Position numbers and translations under genes: made by a program
Notes under the pieces: model-generated
Told to the model about the DNA's origin: nothing
The model's database searches: none
Seen by the model: only the letters and a program-made list of their open reading frames with translations
Assembly (NCBI GenBank): GCA_016204385.1
Contig: JACQKW010000013.1
Location: forward strand, 12,507 to 76,506
Origin: Candidatus Liptonbacteria bacterium
GTDB taxonomy: Bacteria > Patescibacteriota > Minisyncoccia > UBA6257 > 2-01-FULL-56-20
Reading direction: 5' to 3'
DNA length: 64,000 nucleotides
Shown here: positions 42,913 to 51,995 of the stretch, in pieces
Numbering within the stretch: position 1 is the first letter of the stretch
How the letters are laid out: the number at the start of each line of letters is the position of its first letter

Positions 42913-44555
42913 TGCGCGGTGATCCGATCCGGAGGAATATCGAAATAGTTCAGCATAAATTCCGAAAGTTCACGGAACGCGGGCACGACGGTCAAGGCCG
43001 CAACGGGTGCGCCTTCCGGATCATCAAGGCGCACAAGGATTGTAAACCGCGGATCTGCGGTTGGCCCGAAACCGACATAGGTGTTGATGACGCGGTCGGT
43101 ATAACCGCCCTTTGCAAAATCCGGTATGAACGCGGTGCCCGTTTTTCCGGCGAGCGAGTATCCGCTTACCTTCGCAACGCCCGCCTTGTCCACCGCGGAT
43201 AGCATCATTTGCGTTACCTGCGCGGCTGTCCTCTGCGAGACGACTCTTTGGACAATCTCCGAAGACAACTCCGCGTTCACGTACGGGCGCATGCGCACGC
43301 CGTCGTTCGCGATCGCCGAGATTGCATTTACGAGCGCAATGGGGGTAACCGCCACGCCTTGCCCGTACGACGCAGTCGCAAATGAAATATCCCTCTCTTT
43401 GGGATTCAAGCGTTTCAAATCTCCCTCCACTTCTCCCGGAAGCCCGATGCCGGTTTTTTCTCCGAAGCCAAAATTTTTTACGTACTCGGTGAACACGTCG
43501 CGGCCGGTCGCCTGTTGCGCAAACACCGCGCCGGTGTTGATTGAATGCTCGATCACCTCGTGCATAGTCACTTTGCCGTACGGACCATGGGAATCGAGAT
43601 CGTAATTCCGTATCGTGCGGCCATTCAGCGTAAGCGTCCCGCGATCCGTGTACGTCGTATCAGGAGTAATTTTTCCCGAGTCGATGCCCGCCGCCATCGT
43701 GATGACTTTGAAGATCGATCCGGGTTCATAGATTGCCTGCACCATCGGGTTCAAGAAATTTTTGATGTCCGCGCGTGAATACTCGTTCGGATCGAAGTTC
43801 TGAAGCGCCGCCATGGCAAGGATCTTCCCGCTTCTTGGCTCTTCTACAATCACGCCTCCTCCGCCCGCTGAATATTTTTGAACGAGGCGCCGAAGGACGC
43901 GCTCCGCTTCGGTTTGGATGTTCGGATCTATGGTAAGCGCAATATCCTCTCCGGGGAGCGGCGGCTTTAATTTTGTCCCGTCAATTTCCCCGGCGGTGCC
44001 CGCGAGACGCCCTTCGTAATATTTTTCGATCCCGTAAAAACCGCGTGCGCCTATCCCCTCGGGTTTCGGCCCCACGTAGCCCAGCACGTGCGAGGCGAGC
44101 GGCCCGAAAGGATAAAATCTTTTGGGCTTTTCGACGACGTAAATACCCTTGATTTTGAGCCGATCCACGGCATTCGCAACCGCAGTGTCGGCTTTGTTCA
44201 CCAGCGACTCGTATTGGCTTTCGCGCTTTGAAAATTTCTTGACAAGTTCATCCGTAGGGATCCCCGCGGCATCCGCCAATGCATGGGCGGCCTCTTCCGG
44301 ATCTTCGATAGCTTTGGGAACCGCATAAATAAGCGGGAAATCCTTATTGATCGCCACGGGAAGCTCGCGTCCGTCCCGGTCGATAAAGGAAATGACGCCG
44401 CGCGTCGCCTCGAGCAGTTCCGGGGCAAAATATCGCGATTCCGCCTGGGCGAAATAGTATTCGCCGCTCGCAAGCTGAACGTCATACAAATGAAAAAGCA
44501 GGTACGCGTAGGCAATCGCGAAAAATCCGGTCAGAATTGAGAAGCGAACTCCCAT
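42909..44555 (-). CDS. ftsI: penicillin-binding protein 2/FtsI-type transpeptidase
   Basis: N-terminal TM. SxxK (GSIFKV), SxN (HSIN), KTG (GKTGTA). Confidence 0.9.
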   Translation of the reverse strand: MGVRFSILTGFFAIAYAYLLFHLYDVQLASGEYYFAQAESRYFAPELLEATRGVISFIDRDGRELPVAINKDFPLIYAVPKAIEDPEEAAHALADAAGIPTDELVKKFSKRESQYESLVNKADTAVANAVDRLKIKGIYVVEKPKRFYPFGPLASHVLGYVGPKPEGIGARGFYGIEKYYEGRLAGTAGEIDGTKLKPPLPGEDIALTIDPNIQTEAERVLRRLVQKYSAGGGGVIVEEPRSGKILAMAALQNFDPNEYSRADIKNFLNPMVQAIYEPGSIFKVITMAAGIDSGKITPDTTYTDRGTLTLNGRTIRNYDLDSHGPYGKVTMHEVIEHSINTGAVFAQQATGRDVFTEYVKNFGFGEKTGIGLPGEVEGDLKRLNPKERDISFATASYGQGVAVTPIALVNAISAIANDGVRMRPYVNAELSSEIVQRVVSQRTAAQVTQMMLSAVDKAGVAKVSGYSLAGKTGTAFIPDFAKGGYTDRVINTYVGFGPTADPRFTILVRLDDPEGAPVAALTVVPAFRELSEFMLNYFDIPPDRITAQ

Positions 44556-44878
44556 TGATCCCCTATTTTGAGATAGTGCGGTTTTGTTTCCTTTACTAAG
44601 TTGCGCTCTCGCGCGAATCGCTCGAGCTCGTCACGGTCAAAAAACGCGAAAAGCTTATCCTTGAGCGCCGCCGTCTCTTCATGGAGCGCATGTAACTCCT
44701 CGCGCTGTGCCGCGGTCGCGTGCGCTGCGTTCACCGTTCCATTATAAAGCATAATAAGCAAAACCACACCGCCGATAATGGGGATAGAAAACAGCAGCGT
44801 CAGTCGTGCGATGAATGATTTATTCTTTTTTGGACTGATGATGGTCATAGTAAAAATAGTACTTAGGAGGTAGAACAT
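44531..44878 (-). CDS. FtsL-like cell-division protein (TM + coiled coil)
   Basis: Position between rsmH and ftsI. TM LLFSIPIIGGVVLLIML followed by a helical region. Confidence 0.5.
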   Translation of the reverse strand: MFYLLSTIFTMTIISPKKNKSFIARLTLLFSIPIIGGVVLLIMLYNGTVNAAHATAAQREELHALHEETAALKDKLFAFFDRDELERFARERNLVKETKPHYLKIGDQWEFASQF

Positions 44879-45804
44879 AGAACTTGTAATGCGCGGAGTT
44901 TCGCGGAGCGGCTGCGGGGATTATTCTCGATCTCGCTCCGGTGTGGTCGTACGGGTTTTTTGGTTAGGACATCCGCAATTCCTTCTCGCTCGAATGCTTT
45001 AAAATAGTTTTTTACGAGCCGATCTTCGAGCGAATGGAAACTGATAATGACGACTCTTCCGTTCCGGTTCATCGCGTTCGGCAGCGCGCGAAGGATCTTT
45101 TCCAAATTTCCCAATTCGTCGTTCACGTAGATGCGCAACGCCTGGAATGTTCTCGTGGCGGGGTCAATCCTGTGCGCTCCGCCGCGGCGGCGGCTTCGCT
45201 CATAATTTCGAGGTAACGCGGCGCGCACGGCATCCGCAAGCTCACCGCTTGTCTCGATTCCTTTCTCTCGGACACGTTCCTTGATCGCTCTCGCGATCCG
45301 CTTTGACATCCGCTCTCCTCCGTACTCACGAATAATTCGGGCAAGCGTTGCTTCGTCTATCTCGCGGAGCACGGTCTTCGCGGGCGTCCGTTCGTCGTTA
45401 TAGGTCATGAGGAGCGGTTCGTCGCGATCAAAGCTGAATCCCTTTCCCGCATGGAGCTGAACGGAAGAGAACCCGAGATCGAGGAGCAATCCGTCCGGCT
45501 TCGGCAATTTTCGCTCCGCAAGGATCTCCGGCAAATCCGCGTAATTTCCTTGCACGAGAATTGCGTTCGTGCGATTTGCCTGCCCCGCAACGAACTCGTT
45601 CTGCTTCGGGGCTGTCTGCGATTCGCTCTTTACGATCATCTCCCTGTCCCAATCCACTCCGAGCAATGTCCCGCTCGGAGAAATATGCTTTACGATTTCA
45701 ATCGAATGTCCCCTGCTCCCGAGCGTCCCGTCAACGATGAACTCGCCGGGTTTCGGATCCAAATATGTGATAACCTCTTTTAAAAGAACGGGAACGTGAG
45801 GCAT
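44863..45804 (-). CDS. rsmH: 16S rRNA (cytosine1402-N4)-methyltransferase
   Basis: HVPVLLKEV, DGTLGSRGHS, LLDLGFSSVQL, SFHSLEDR. Confidence 0.9.
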   Translation of the reverse strand: MPHVPVLLKEVITYLDPKPGEFIVDGTLGSRGHSIEIVKHISPSGTLLGVDWDREMIVKSESQTAPKQNEFVAGQANRTNAILVQGNYADLPEILAERKLPKPDGLLLDLGFSSVQLHAGKGFSFDRDEPLLMTYNDERTPAKTVLREIDEATLARIIREYGGERMSKRIARAIKERVREKGIETSGELADAVRAALPRNYERSRRRGGAHRIDPATRTFQALRIYVNDELGNLEKILRALPNAMNRNGRVVIISFHSLEDRLVKNYFKAFEREGIADVLTKKPVRPHRSEIENNPRSRSAKLRALQVLCSTS

Positions 45805-45865
45805 ATAACTAACAACTTATGACATATGACTTCAACCTCTGACAGTCATCGTTCTACCTCATCAG

Positions 45866-46297
45866 TTAAATGCCTAATTGTCCGAGTTTCTCTGCAATCT
45901 CGTCCGATGCGCCCTCGGTCTTTTGCTTATAGCGCTCCCACGTGGCGTGATCCCAAATCTCAATGCGATTGTAGAGCCCCGCAACCACCACTTGCTTTTT
46001 GAGCCCCGCATATTTGCGCAGATAGTCGGGGACAAGGATCCTTCCCTGATGGTCGAGCTCCACGTCCATCGCGCCCGCAAGCATGAGCCGCGCGAACGCG
46101 CGGGAGTTCGCCTGTGCAAGCGGAAGCGCGACGAGTTTTCCCGCAAGCGCCTCCCACTCTTTGTTCGCAAACACGAATAAGCTGTTATCGAGTCCGCGCG
46201 TGATGATGGCGCCGGCAGTTAATTTCTCGCGGAACTTCGCCGGAATCGCCACCCGACCTTTTGAATCCAGATTGTGTTGGTATTCGCCGAGAAGCAT
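45866..46297 (-). CDS. mraZ: transcriptional regulator MraZ
   Basis: Two SpoVT/AbrB-like repeats: LDSKGRVAIPAKFR and LDHQGRILVPDYLR. Confidence 0.9.
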   Translation of the reverse strand: MLLGEYQHNLDSKGRVAIPAKFREKLTAGAIITRGLDNSLFVFANKEWEALAGKLVALPLAQANSRAFARLMLAGAMDVELDHQGRILVPDYLRKYAGLKKQVVVAGLYNRIEIWDHATWERYKQKTEGASDEIAEKLGQLGI

Positions 46298-46618
46298 AGG
46301 ATTTAGAACTTAGCCATTAGAATTTAGAAAGAATTTATTAGCCCAATGCCATTGATCTAAGTGCGAGCATGTAAGTCCTCACGGTTATTGAGATATCCCC
46401 AGAAACGGGTACTTATACCCATATTTATCCACCATTCCCCACCTACATGTAAGACTACCCCACCATATCAAAAAGGTGCAAAAAACAAAAATCCGCCTTT
46501 CGGCGGAGCGAAATATCCTTTATTCAAGCGAAAAAATTATTTTAGCTATATGAATCTATGCACAAGTTATACACCATGCTATTTTTAAATGTTTTGTTCA
46601 TCGCCATAATATATGACA

Positions 46619-46649
46619 AAAAAAAGAGCCCGTCGTTCTCGGGCTCTCG
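46619..46649 (-). terminator. intrinsic terminator
   Basis: Minus strand: AGAGCCCGA-GAACGA-CGGGCTCT followed by T8. Confidence 0.75.
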
Positions 46650-46925
46650 TTAGGGCTTCCCAAGGACTGCGATGAAGCATTCTCCGCGAGAACTCATGTC
46701 TTCTACTTTCAGGTTGTGCGCTGCGGCAATCATGGTGCAGATGCGTTTTGCGGCGCCTTCGCCAATTGCGCCATCAACCGAGTGAACAATGCCATCGCCG
46801 TCGTCGATCCTAAACGTTGTGCCTCCGCGCGTGAAGCTAATCTCCCCCGTCGTTAATTTCACGTGGATGAAATCGCCCTCTTGAAGCGTCGGTGTCCCGC
46901 CTCGGTCCCGCGCATCGCTCGTCAT
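46650..46925 (-). CDS. small protein, unknown function
   Basis: MTSDARDRGGTPTLQEGDFIHVKL... with SD GGAG upstream. The longer ORF-track start was rejected. Confidence 0.45.
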   Translation of the reverse strand: MTSDARDRGGTPTLQEGDFIHVKLTTGEISFTRGGTTFRIDDGDGIVHSVDGAIGEGAAKRICTMIAAAHNLKVEDMSSRGECFIAVLGKP

Positions 46926-47233
46926 CGCTTTCTCCTCAAAAATTACTGCCCCAACCCTACCACACGTACCCCGACGTTGCAATGGATATTCACGATAAAA
47001 AAATACGCCCGTGTGAGTCCTCTGTCGGAGACCCACACGGGGTCGCTAGTGGTCGATACGCAGACCGAGGGGAACCCCACGAGGGGTCAGGGCGCTCGGT
47101 GCGCGAGTCAGCGACTCTCTGATTATCACCACTATCGAAATCCCGTCAAGTATGGCTATGTGGAATATGCCGCTCCGCTATTCGCTTACTTGTGGTAAGT
47201 TTATCGAACCACTTGTGGTGAGCGTGCCGAACC

Positions 47234-47287
47234 ATTCGTACACCTGCCCGTCTGCCTGCCTCTGACATGGCCTCCGGCGGGAATTAG
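47234..47287. repeat. element C, copy 1 (downstream of cfa)
   Basis: attcgtacacctgcccgtctgcctgcctctgacatggcctccggcgggaattag. About 83% identical to 48494..48547, same orientation. Confidence 0.8.
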
Positions 47288-47323
47288 CCGATAAGGATAT
47301 TAGCGATCGCACTGCGCGGCACT

Positions 47324-48448
47324 TCAGCGTTCCGAGCGGTAACCGCCGGGCGCGCCGCGTTTTGAAAATACTATCTGCCACAACTGCAGTTCACGCGCGC
47401 GAAACGTTCCCGCTGATGCGAGAAGATAATATTTCCACATGCGGTAGAATCGCTCGCCATATTTCTTTTTCAGTGCCGGCCAGCGGGCATCGAAGTTGCG
47501 AAACCATGCCATGAGCGTGGCGTCGTAATCGGCGCCGAAATTATGCCAGTCATCCATCACGAAAAGCCTTTCCGCTGCTTTCCCAATCTGCGCGATTGAC
47601 GGAATCATTCCCACGGGGAAAATATACTTGCGTATCCAGGGATCGGTACTTGTTCTTGAAACGTTGCTCCCGATCGTGTGAAGGAGAAAAAGCCCGCTCT
47701 CTTTGAGGACGCGGCGCGCCGTTTTCATAAACACACGATGGTTTTTGTAGCCCACATGCTCGAACATGCCAACCGACACCACGCGATCAAACAAGCCGCG
47801 AACACTCCGATAATCTTCGAGCCGAATGTGAACCGGGAGCCCGCGGCAGCATTCCGCGGCACGCGCCGCTTGTTCCTTCGAAACGGTCACCCCCGTCACC
47901 TTCGCTCCGTAGCGCTCTGCGGCATACTTCGCGAAACCGCCCCAGCCGCACCCGATGTCGAGCACCTCCATCCCGGGTTTCAAGAAAAGTTTGCGGCAGA
48001 TGAGATCAAGTTTTGCTTCTTGCGCCTCGGCGAGCGTTCGCGCCCCGCCATTCCAATACGCGCAACTGTAGATCATATACGGATCGAGCATCGCGTGAAA
48101 GAGGTCGTTGCCCAGGTCATAATGCCGCTCGCCGATCACAAACGCTTTTGATCTCCGCCCTTCATTCACGAGCAGGGCGGCGAGGCCCAAAAGAATAACG
48201 CGCACGCTCTTCCGCGCCTTCTCTCGAAGCCCGGAGTGTGTAATTTTCTCTATGAGCGTATCAATCGCTCCGCACTCCCACCATCCGTCCATATATGATT
48301 CGCCGAACCCCATGCTTCCGTGCCGAAGCACGCGCGGGTAGAACCGCTCGTCGAGAACCTTGATATCCCACGGATCAGGACCGTCTACTGTGATTCCCGC
48401 GGCCGAGAAAAGCGCCTTAATGACTTTTTTAGAAAACTGGTTGCTCAT
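47324..48448 (-). CDS. cfa: cyclopropane-fatty-acyl-phospholipid synthase
   Basis: VLDIGCGWGGFAKYAAERYG SAM motif, MFEHVG, and a C-terminal CFA synthase pattern. Start at MSNQFSKK preferred. Confidence 0.9.
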   Translation of the reverse strand: MSNQFSKKVIKALFSAAGITVDGPDPWDIKVLDERFYPRVLRHGSMGFGESYMDGWWECGAIDTLIEKITHSGLREKARKSVRVILLGLAALLVNEGRRSKAFVIGERHYDLGNDLFHAMLDPYMIYSCAYWNGGARTLAEAQEAKLDLICRKLFLKPGMEVLDIGCGWGGFAKYAAERYGAKVTGVTVSKEQAARAAECCRGLPVHIRLEDYRSVRGLFDRVVSVGMFEHVGYKNHRVFMKTARRVLKESGLFLLHTIGSNVSRTSTDPWIRKYIFPVGMIPSIAQIGKAAERLFVMDDWHNFGADYDATLMAWFRNFDARWPALKKKYGERFYRMWKYYLLASAGTFRARELQLWQIVFSKRGAPGGYRSER

Positions 48449-48493
48449 CCCGTATTCTTTAATAGATTTTACCTCGCCGCAAACTCCTCGCCT

Positions 48494-48547
48494 ATTCACG
48501 CGCCTGCCCGTCCGCCTGTCTCTGACATGGCCTCTCGCGCGAATTAG
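48494..48547. repeat. element C, copy 2 (upstream of cfa), splitting an ATTCGCGCGAAT-type palindrome
   Basis: attcacgcgcctgcccgtccgcctgtctctgacatggcctctcgcgcgaattag. Confidence 0.8.
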
Positions 48548-48552
48548 AGACG

Positions 48553-48813
48553 CTACAGTAATGACAAAACGTGACGCACGGTTGATTTGTGCATTAACGC
48601 AAGCCGATAGAACATTTGAAGGCTACGCTGATCTTTCTCCACGATATCCGCAGAGGCAAGGAGCGTAAGGTGCTTCGAGGTCGCTTTGAACGAAAGATTG
48701 ATCTTATGAGCGATCTCTGCAACCGGCGCTTCCTGCGTCCGCTTGAGATATTTAAGGATTGCGAGCCGCCGACGGTTTGCAAGCATTTTGAGAGTACGTT
48801 CCAATTCTTTCAT
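48553..48813 (-). CDS. ArsR-family transcriptional regulator (small)
   Basis: LKMLANRRRLAILKYLKRTQEAPVAEIAHKINLSFKATSKHLTLLASADIVEKDQRS. Confidence 0.8.
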   Translation of the reverse strand: MKELERTLKMLANRRRLAILKYLKRTQEAPVAEIAHKINLSFKATSKHLTLLASADIVEKDQRSLQMFYRLALMHKSTVRHVLSLL

Positions 48814-48840
48814 GATTTCCCTATTGTATCATATTCGCCT

Positions 48841-48852
48841 ATTCGCGCGAAT
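48841..48852. promoter_or_regulatory. perfect 12-bp palindrome ATTCGCGCGAAT upstream of the ArsR-family gene
   Basis: Lies within the conserved block tcgcctattcgcgcgaattagagatga, which repeats at 49126-49152. Confidence 0.5.
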
Positions 48853-48878
48853 TAGAGATGATTACAACGTAAGTAAAT

Positions 48879-49097
48879 TTACAGTATTTCAAACGTCTTC
48901 TGTCGCGCGGAAAATCCCGAAATAAGGCGGACCCGCGATAGCGGAACGGCAAAATATTCGGCGAGTGCCTTCGTGATCGCAATATTAGCTTTGCCGTCCT
49001 TTGGAGGGTCCGTGACGGCCACAATATAATTCAAGTCGTCGATCTTTTGGACGCCCGCAACTTTCGCCGACGGCTTGGCCTTCACGAAGATTTTCAT
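48879..49097 (-). CDS. DUF167 (YggU-like) protein
   Basis: MKIFVKAKPSAKVAGVQKIDDLNYIVAVTDPPKDGKANIAITKALAEYFAVPLSRVRLISGFSARQKTFEI. Confidence 0.75.
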   Translation of the reverse strand: MKIFVKAKPSAKVAGVQKIDDLNYIVAVTDPPKDGKANIAITKALAEYFAVPLSRVRLISGFSARQKTFEIL

Positions 49098-49134
49098 AAA
49101 TTTACTTGTGGCGAACTAATCAAACTATTCGCTT

Positions 49135-49146
49135 ATTCGCGCGAAT
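49135..49146. promoter_or_regulatory. second copy of ATTCGCGCGAAT palindrome, upstream of the DUF167 gene
   Basis: ttcgcttattcgcgcgaattagagatga. Confidence 0.5.
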
Positions 49147-49206
49147 TAGAGATGAGAAACGAGACAAAAAGAGGGGGCGGGCAGAATGTTGGAATGTGGT
49201 GGTTGG

Positions 49207-49572
49207 TTACTTGCCGTCCGGATTGTACAGTATCTCAATGTTCGTGCCGTCGGGGTCTACGATGAACGCGATGTATTGCTCTCCGCGGTGGGGGCGCGTG
49301 CCCGGCTTTCCGTTATCTTTCCCTCCGGCCGTAAGTCCCGCTTCGTAGGCACGCTCCACCGCGGCTCTCTCGGGCGCGCGGAACGCCACATGCGCGCCTC
49401 GGGTCACATACTCTTGCATTCGGAGCCAGACGCTCGTGCCCTCGCGTCCCTTGTAGCTTACAAATCCGTCCCCCTCCCTGAACAATTGGTATCCGAGCGC
49501 TCCCAACACCGCGCCATAGAACTTTTTGCTTTGCGCAAGATCGCTCACGCGAAGCGAGATATGGTCAATCAT
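49207..49572 (-). CDS. VOC/glyoxalase-family protein
   Basis: MIDHISLRVSDLAQSKKFYGAVLGALGY...HVAFRA...GEQYIAFIVDPDGTNIE. Confidence 0.8.
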   Translation of the reverse strand: MIDHISLRVSDLAQSKKFYGAVLGALGYQLFREGDGFVSYKGREGTSVWLRMQEYVTRGAHVAFRAPERAAVERAYEAGLTAGGKDNGKPGTRPHRGEQYIAFIVDPDGTNIEILYNPDGK

Positions 49573-49847
49573 ATTATTTCCACGCCGTGAGAGAAGGCGA
49601 AGTGCCCTTTAATCTCTTTCGCGGGTTCTGTGGGTGTGGGATACATCCACGCGGCGTCTTTGTTCACGTCCTTCCCCACCGTTATGTCGTAGTAGTCGCA
49701 CACGCCTTTCCACGCGCACGTGTAGGTGTTACCGCTTTTCGTGAGATATTCCATTTTCACGGAGTCCGGCGGAAAGTAGTGGTTCTTTTCGACCACCACG
49801 GTCTTCTCGCTCTCCGCGATGATCGTGTTTTTCCAGATTGCCTTCAT
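49569..49847 (-). CDS. DUF427 protein
   Basis: NTIIAESEKTVVVEKNHYFPPDSVKMEYLTKSGNTYTCAWKGVCDYYDI. Confidence 0.75.
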   Translation of the reverse strand: MKAIWKNTIIAESEKTVVVEKNHYFPPDSVKMEYLTKSGNTYTCAWKGVCDYYDITVGKDVNKDAAWMYPTPTEPAKEIKGHFAFSHGVEII

Positions 49848-49916
49848 GCGCGTTGCGTGATTCGGAGCGTATTCAAAAAACTAAATTTTTGTATCTTCAT
49901 TATCTTTACCATAAGT

Positions 49917-50017
49917 CCGGGTCGTCCCCGGCTTGGATAGTTACTCGCGTAGCTCTCTCGAGTCGGGGCATTGCCCCTTAATTATCTATACAAGTATAAC
50001 CGATTTTTCAGGATAAA
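49917..50017. repeat. ~100-bp direct repeat, left copy
   Basis: ...cggcttggatagttactcgcgtagctctctcgagtcggggcattgccccttaattatctatacaagtataaccgatttttcagg... matches 53076..53174 at about 85-90%. Confidence 0.85.
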
Positions 50018-50065
50018 TTAAGAAAAAAGTTTCTTTTACTCGCGTTGCGATTGCTGCTACTTTAT

Positions 50066-50743
50066 TTATTGCTTTTTATCAAGGAGAGGTGGTCTGATGA
50101 ATTGTTGTACGTCTGATTTAATAAGTATTCTCTTTACATCTGTCTTCTTGACAAGAGATAGCATGGGGTTTGTTGAGTTTTTTGGATTATTCTCGTCGGG
50201 AATTGAAAATCCAATATATTCGACTTTTTTCTTCTTTCTAATACGGACCCAATCAATAGCGGGGACTAAGTCAGAATCTGAACTTACCACAATGGCTGTA
50301 TCATACTGATTGTCTACCGCCCCCACAATAAGATCAGTAGCAAGTTTAACGTCTATCCCCTTCTCGCGTAACCTTTCAAATCTAATTTTATCGATGCCAG
50401 CCTTACGAATTCTTTGATAATCGACAACACGGCTATCTATTGTTATCTCCTCGAGTCTTGTTTTAAGTTTACTTGTTTTAATTTCCCACTTATCACGCTT
50501 TAAAATAGTGAAAAGAGAGGTTTGTTTTGCCATCGCCTCCTTGCTTCTTGGGTCACCTTCTTTTTCTCGGACGGTACCAACATAAAATCTTTTACCCATG
50601 TCAACAATGATCCGCCCATTCGCCAAAAATTTGGCGAACCCTTCAAAATCGAAACCAGCCTCTTGTACCCCAAGTTTTTTAAGTGCCAAATGGTAAAAGT
50701 TACCTGCATCAATGAGAATCGAGACCCGTTCTTTACTAGCCAT
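50066..50743 (-). CDS. NYN-domain (LabA/DUF88-like) protein
   Basis: VSILIDAGNFYHL...EKGIDVKLATDLIVGAVDNQYDTAIVVSSDSDLVPAI (PIN-like acidic residues). Confidence 0.7.
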   Translation of the reverse strand: MASKERVSILIDAGNFYHLALKKLGVQEAGFDFEGFAKFLANGRIIVDMGKRFYVGTVREKEGDPRSKEAMAKQTSLFTILKRDKWEIKTSKLKTRLEEITIDSRVVDYQRIRKAGIDKIRFERLREKGIDVKLATDLIVGAVDNQYDTAIVVSSDSDLVPAIDWVRIRKKKKVEYIGFSIPDENNPKNSTNPMLSLVKKTDVKRILIKSDVQQFIRPPLLDKKQ

Positions 50744-51110
50744 ATCCCTTAAATTATGCATGAAAATAAAAACCTGCACACTACCTTTCGGCAGGCGCAG
50801 GTGACTTTCATGTCTATGATAGGCATTTATGCCAAAGGGGTCAAGTCGTTCTTGTTAATATTGCTATTTGATCAGTATTTACCTTGCCTTATTCAAGTTT
50901 CCTGGTTACTTGTTACTCCTCCGGGGTGCTTGCCCGCCTCCCTGTCTGCCTCTGGCACGATGGAGGGAGGCCGCCTGCCTGCCGGTAGGCAGGTAGAGTT
51001 TACTCGTGGTGAGTGAAGTCGAACCATTTTCTTGTCCCGTAGTGAATGCTTTGCGTTCTACTACTGGGGTTTGTTGACCAGTTATACATTTTTAAAATTA
51101 CGCCGAGATC

Positions 51111-51995
51111 TCATAATTCCCTCTCCTCTATTTTAAAAGAGTTAAATTGAGCCTTTGGCTCACTCGACCCCCTCGAGGGAATTAGACCTACACTCATCGC
51201 AAGTGGTTCAAGTAGTGGGGCCGGTGTAAAAATGTACGTGCCAGATAAAGTTTGATAGTCCGCGTTTTCCGGCTTATTCGGTAGGTATTTTATATCTAGA
51301 ATTACCCTAAATTGACCGGCAGAAAGAGGGTCGTGTAGTATTCTCGTTTGGATTTCTGATCCCTTTCGAAAACCGCCAGCAGTGGTCAAGCGTATTCTTC
51401 CTGTTCTCTGTTCTTGAATAGGCACCCAATCTTGCCCAACGCCCCGCAGGGCTTTTAGAGTCACAGATGTATAATCGTCATCTCCTATAACGATCTCATA
51501 AAGACCGTGAATCAAAATCACGATATTGCTCACTTCTGTCCCCAAAGGAATAAATTTTAACTCAAAAGTCGATTTAGCGGAGATCGGTTGGTGAAATTTA
51601 AGTAGGCCGGCGGTACTAGTGGTGACTAGTTGAAACAAAGCACGATCCTTACTAAGAGCCGTCAGGCTTGCAAGCCCAAGTTGTTGCCACCTCCCATCTT
51701 CGAAGTTACTCTCGTCTAAAATTTTTGCACTTGATATCAAGTTCTCGGTATGTTCGCCTGCCTGGCTGGAACGATCAATCATTGTAAAGGGACCATATCC
51801 TAATTTTCCAGTTATAAGATACTGCCCAATGAAGTAAATAAAAATCAGAAGCAACACCACTAAGAACACTGGAAGGAATCCTCGTTTTTCTAAGTCGGGC
51901 CCCCACCTTTTCTTAATGATGTCGTAGATGACACCCTGAATCCGCCGCCATAGAAATTCTTTATCGCTTTTCAATTCGGGAATTTCATTACTCAT
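51111..51995 (-). CDS. membrane-anchored protein with beta-rich (jelly-roll-like) ectodomain, unknown function
   Basis: TM LPVFLVVLLLIFIYFIGQYLI. Beta-strand-rich remainder. 4-bp ATGA overlap with the upstream gene. Confidence 0.5.
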   Translation of the reverse strand: MSNEIPELKSDKEFLWRRIQGVIYDIIKKRWGPDLEKRGFLPVFLVVLLLIFIYFIGQYLITGKLGYGPFTMIDRSSQAGEHTENLISSAKILDESNFEDGRWQQLGLASLTALSKDRALFQLVTTSTAGLLKFHQPISAKSTFELKFIPLGTEVSNIVILIHGLYEIVIGDDDYTSVTLKALRGVGQDWVPIQEQRTGRIRLTTAGGFRKGSEIQTRILHDPLSAGQFRVILDIKYLPNKPENADYQTLSGTYIFTPAPLLEPLAMSVGLIPSRGSSEPKAQFNSFKIEEREL

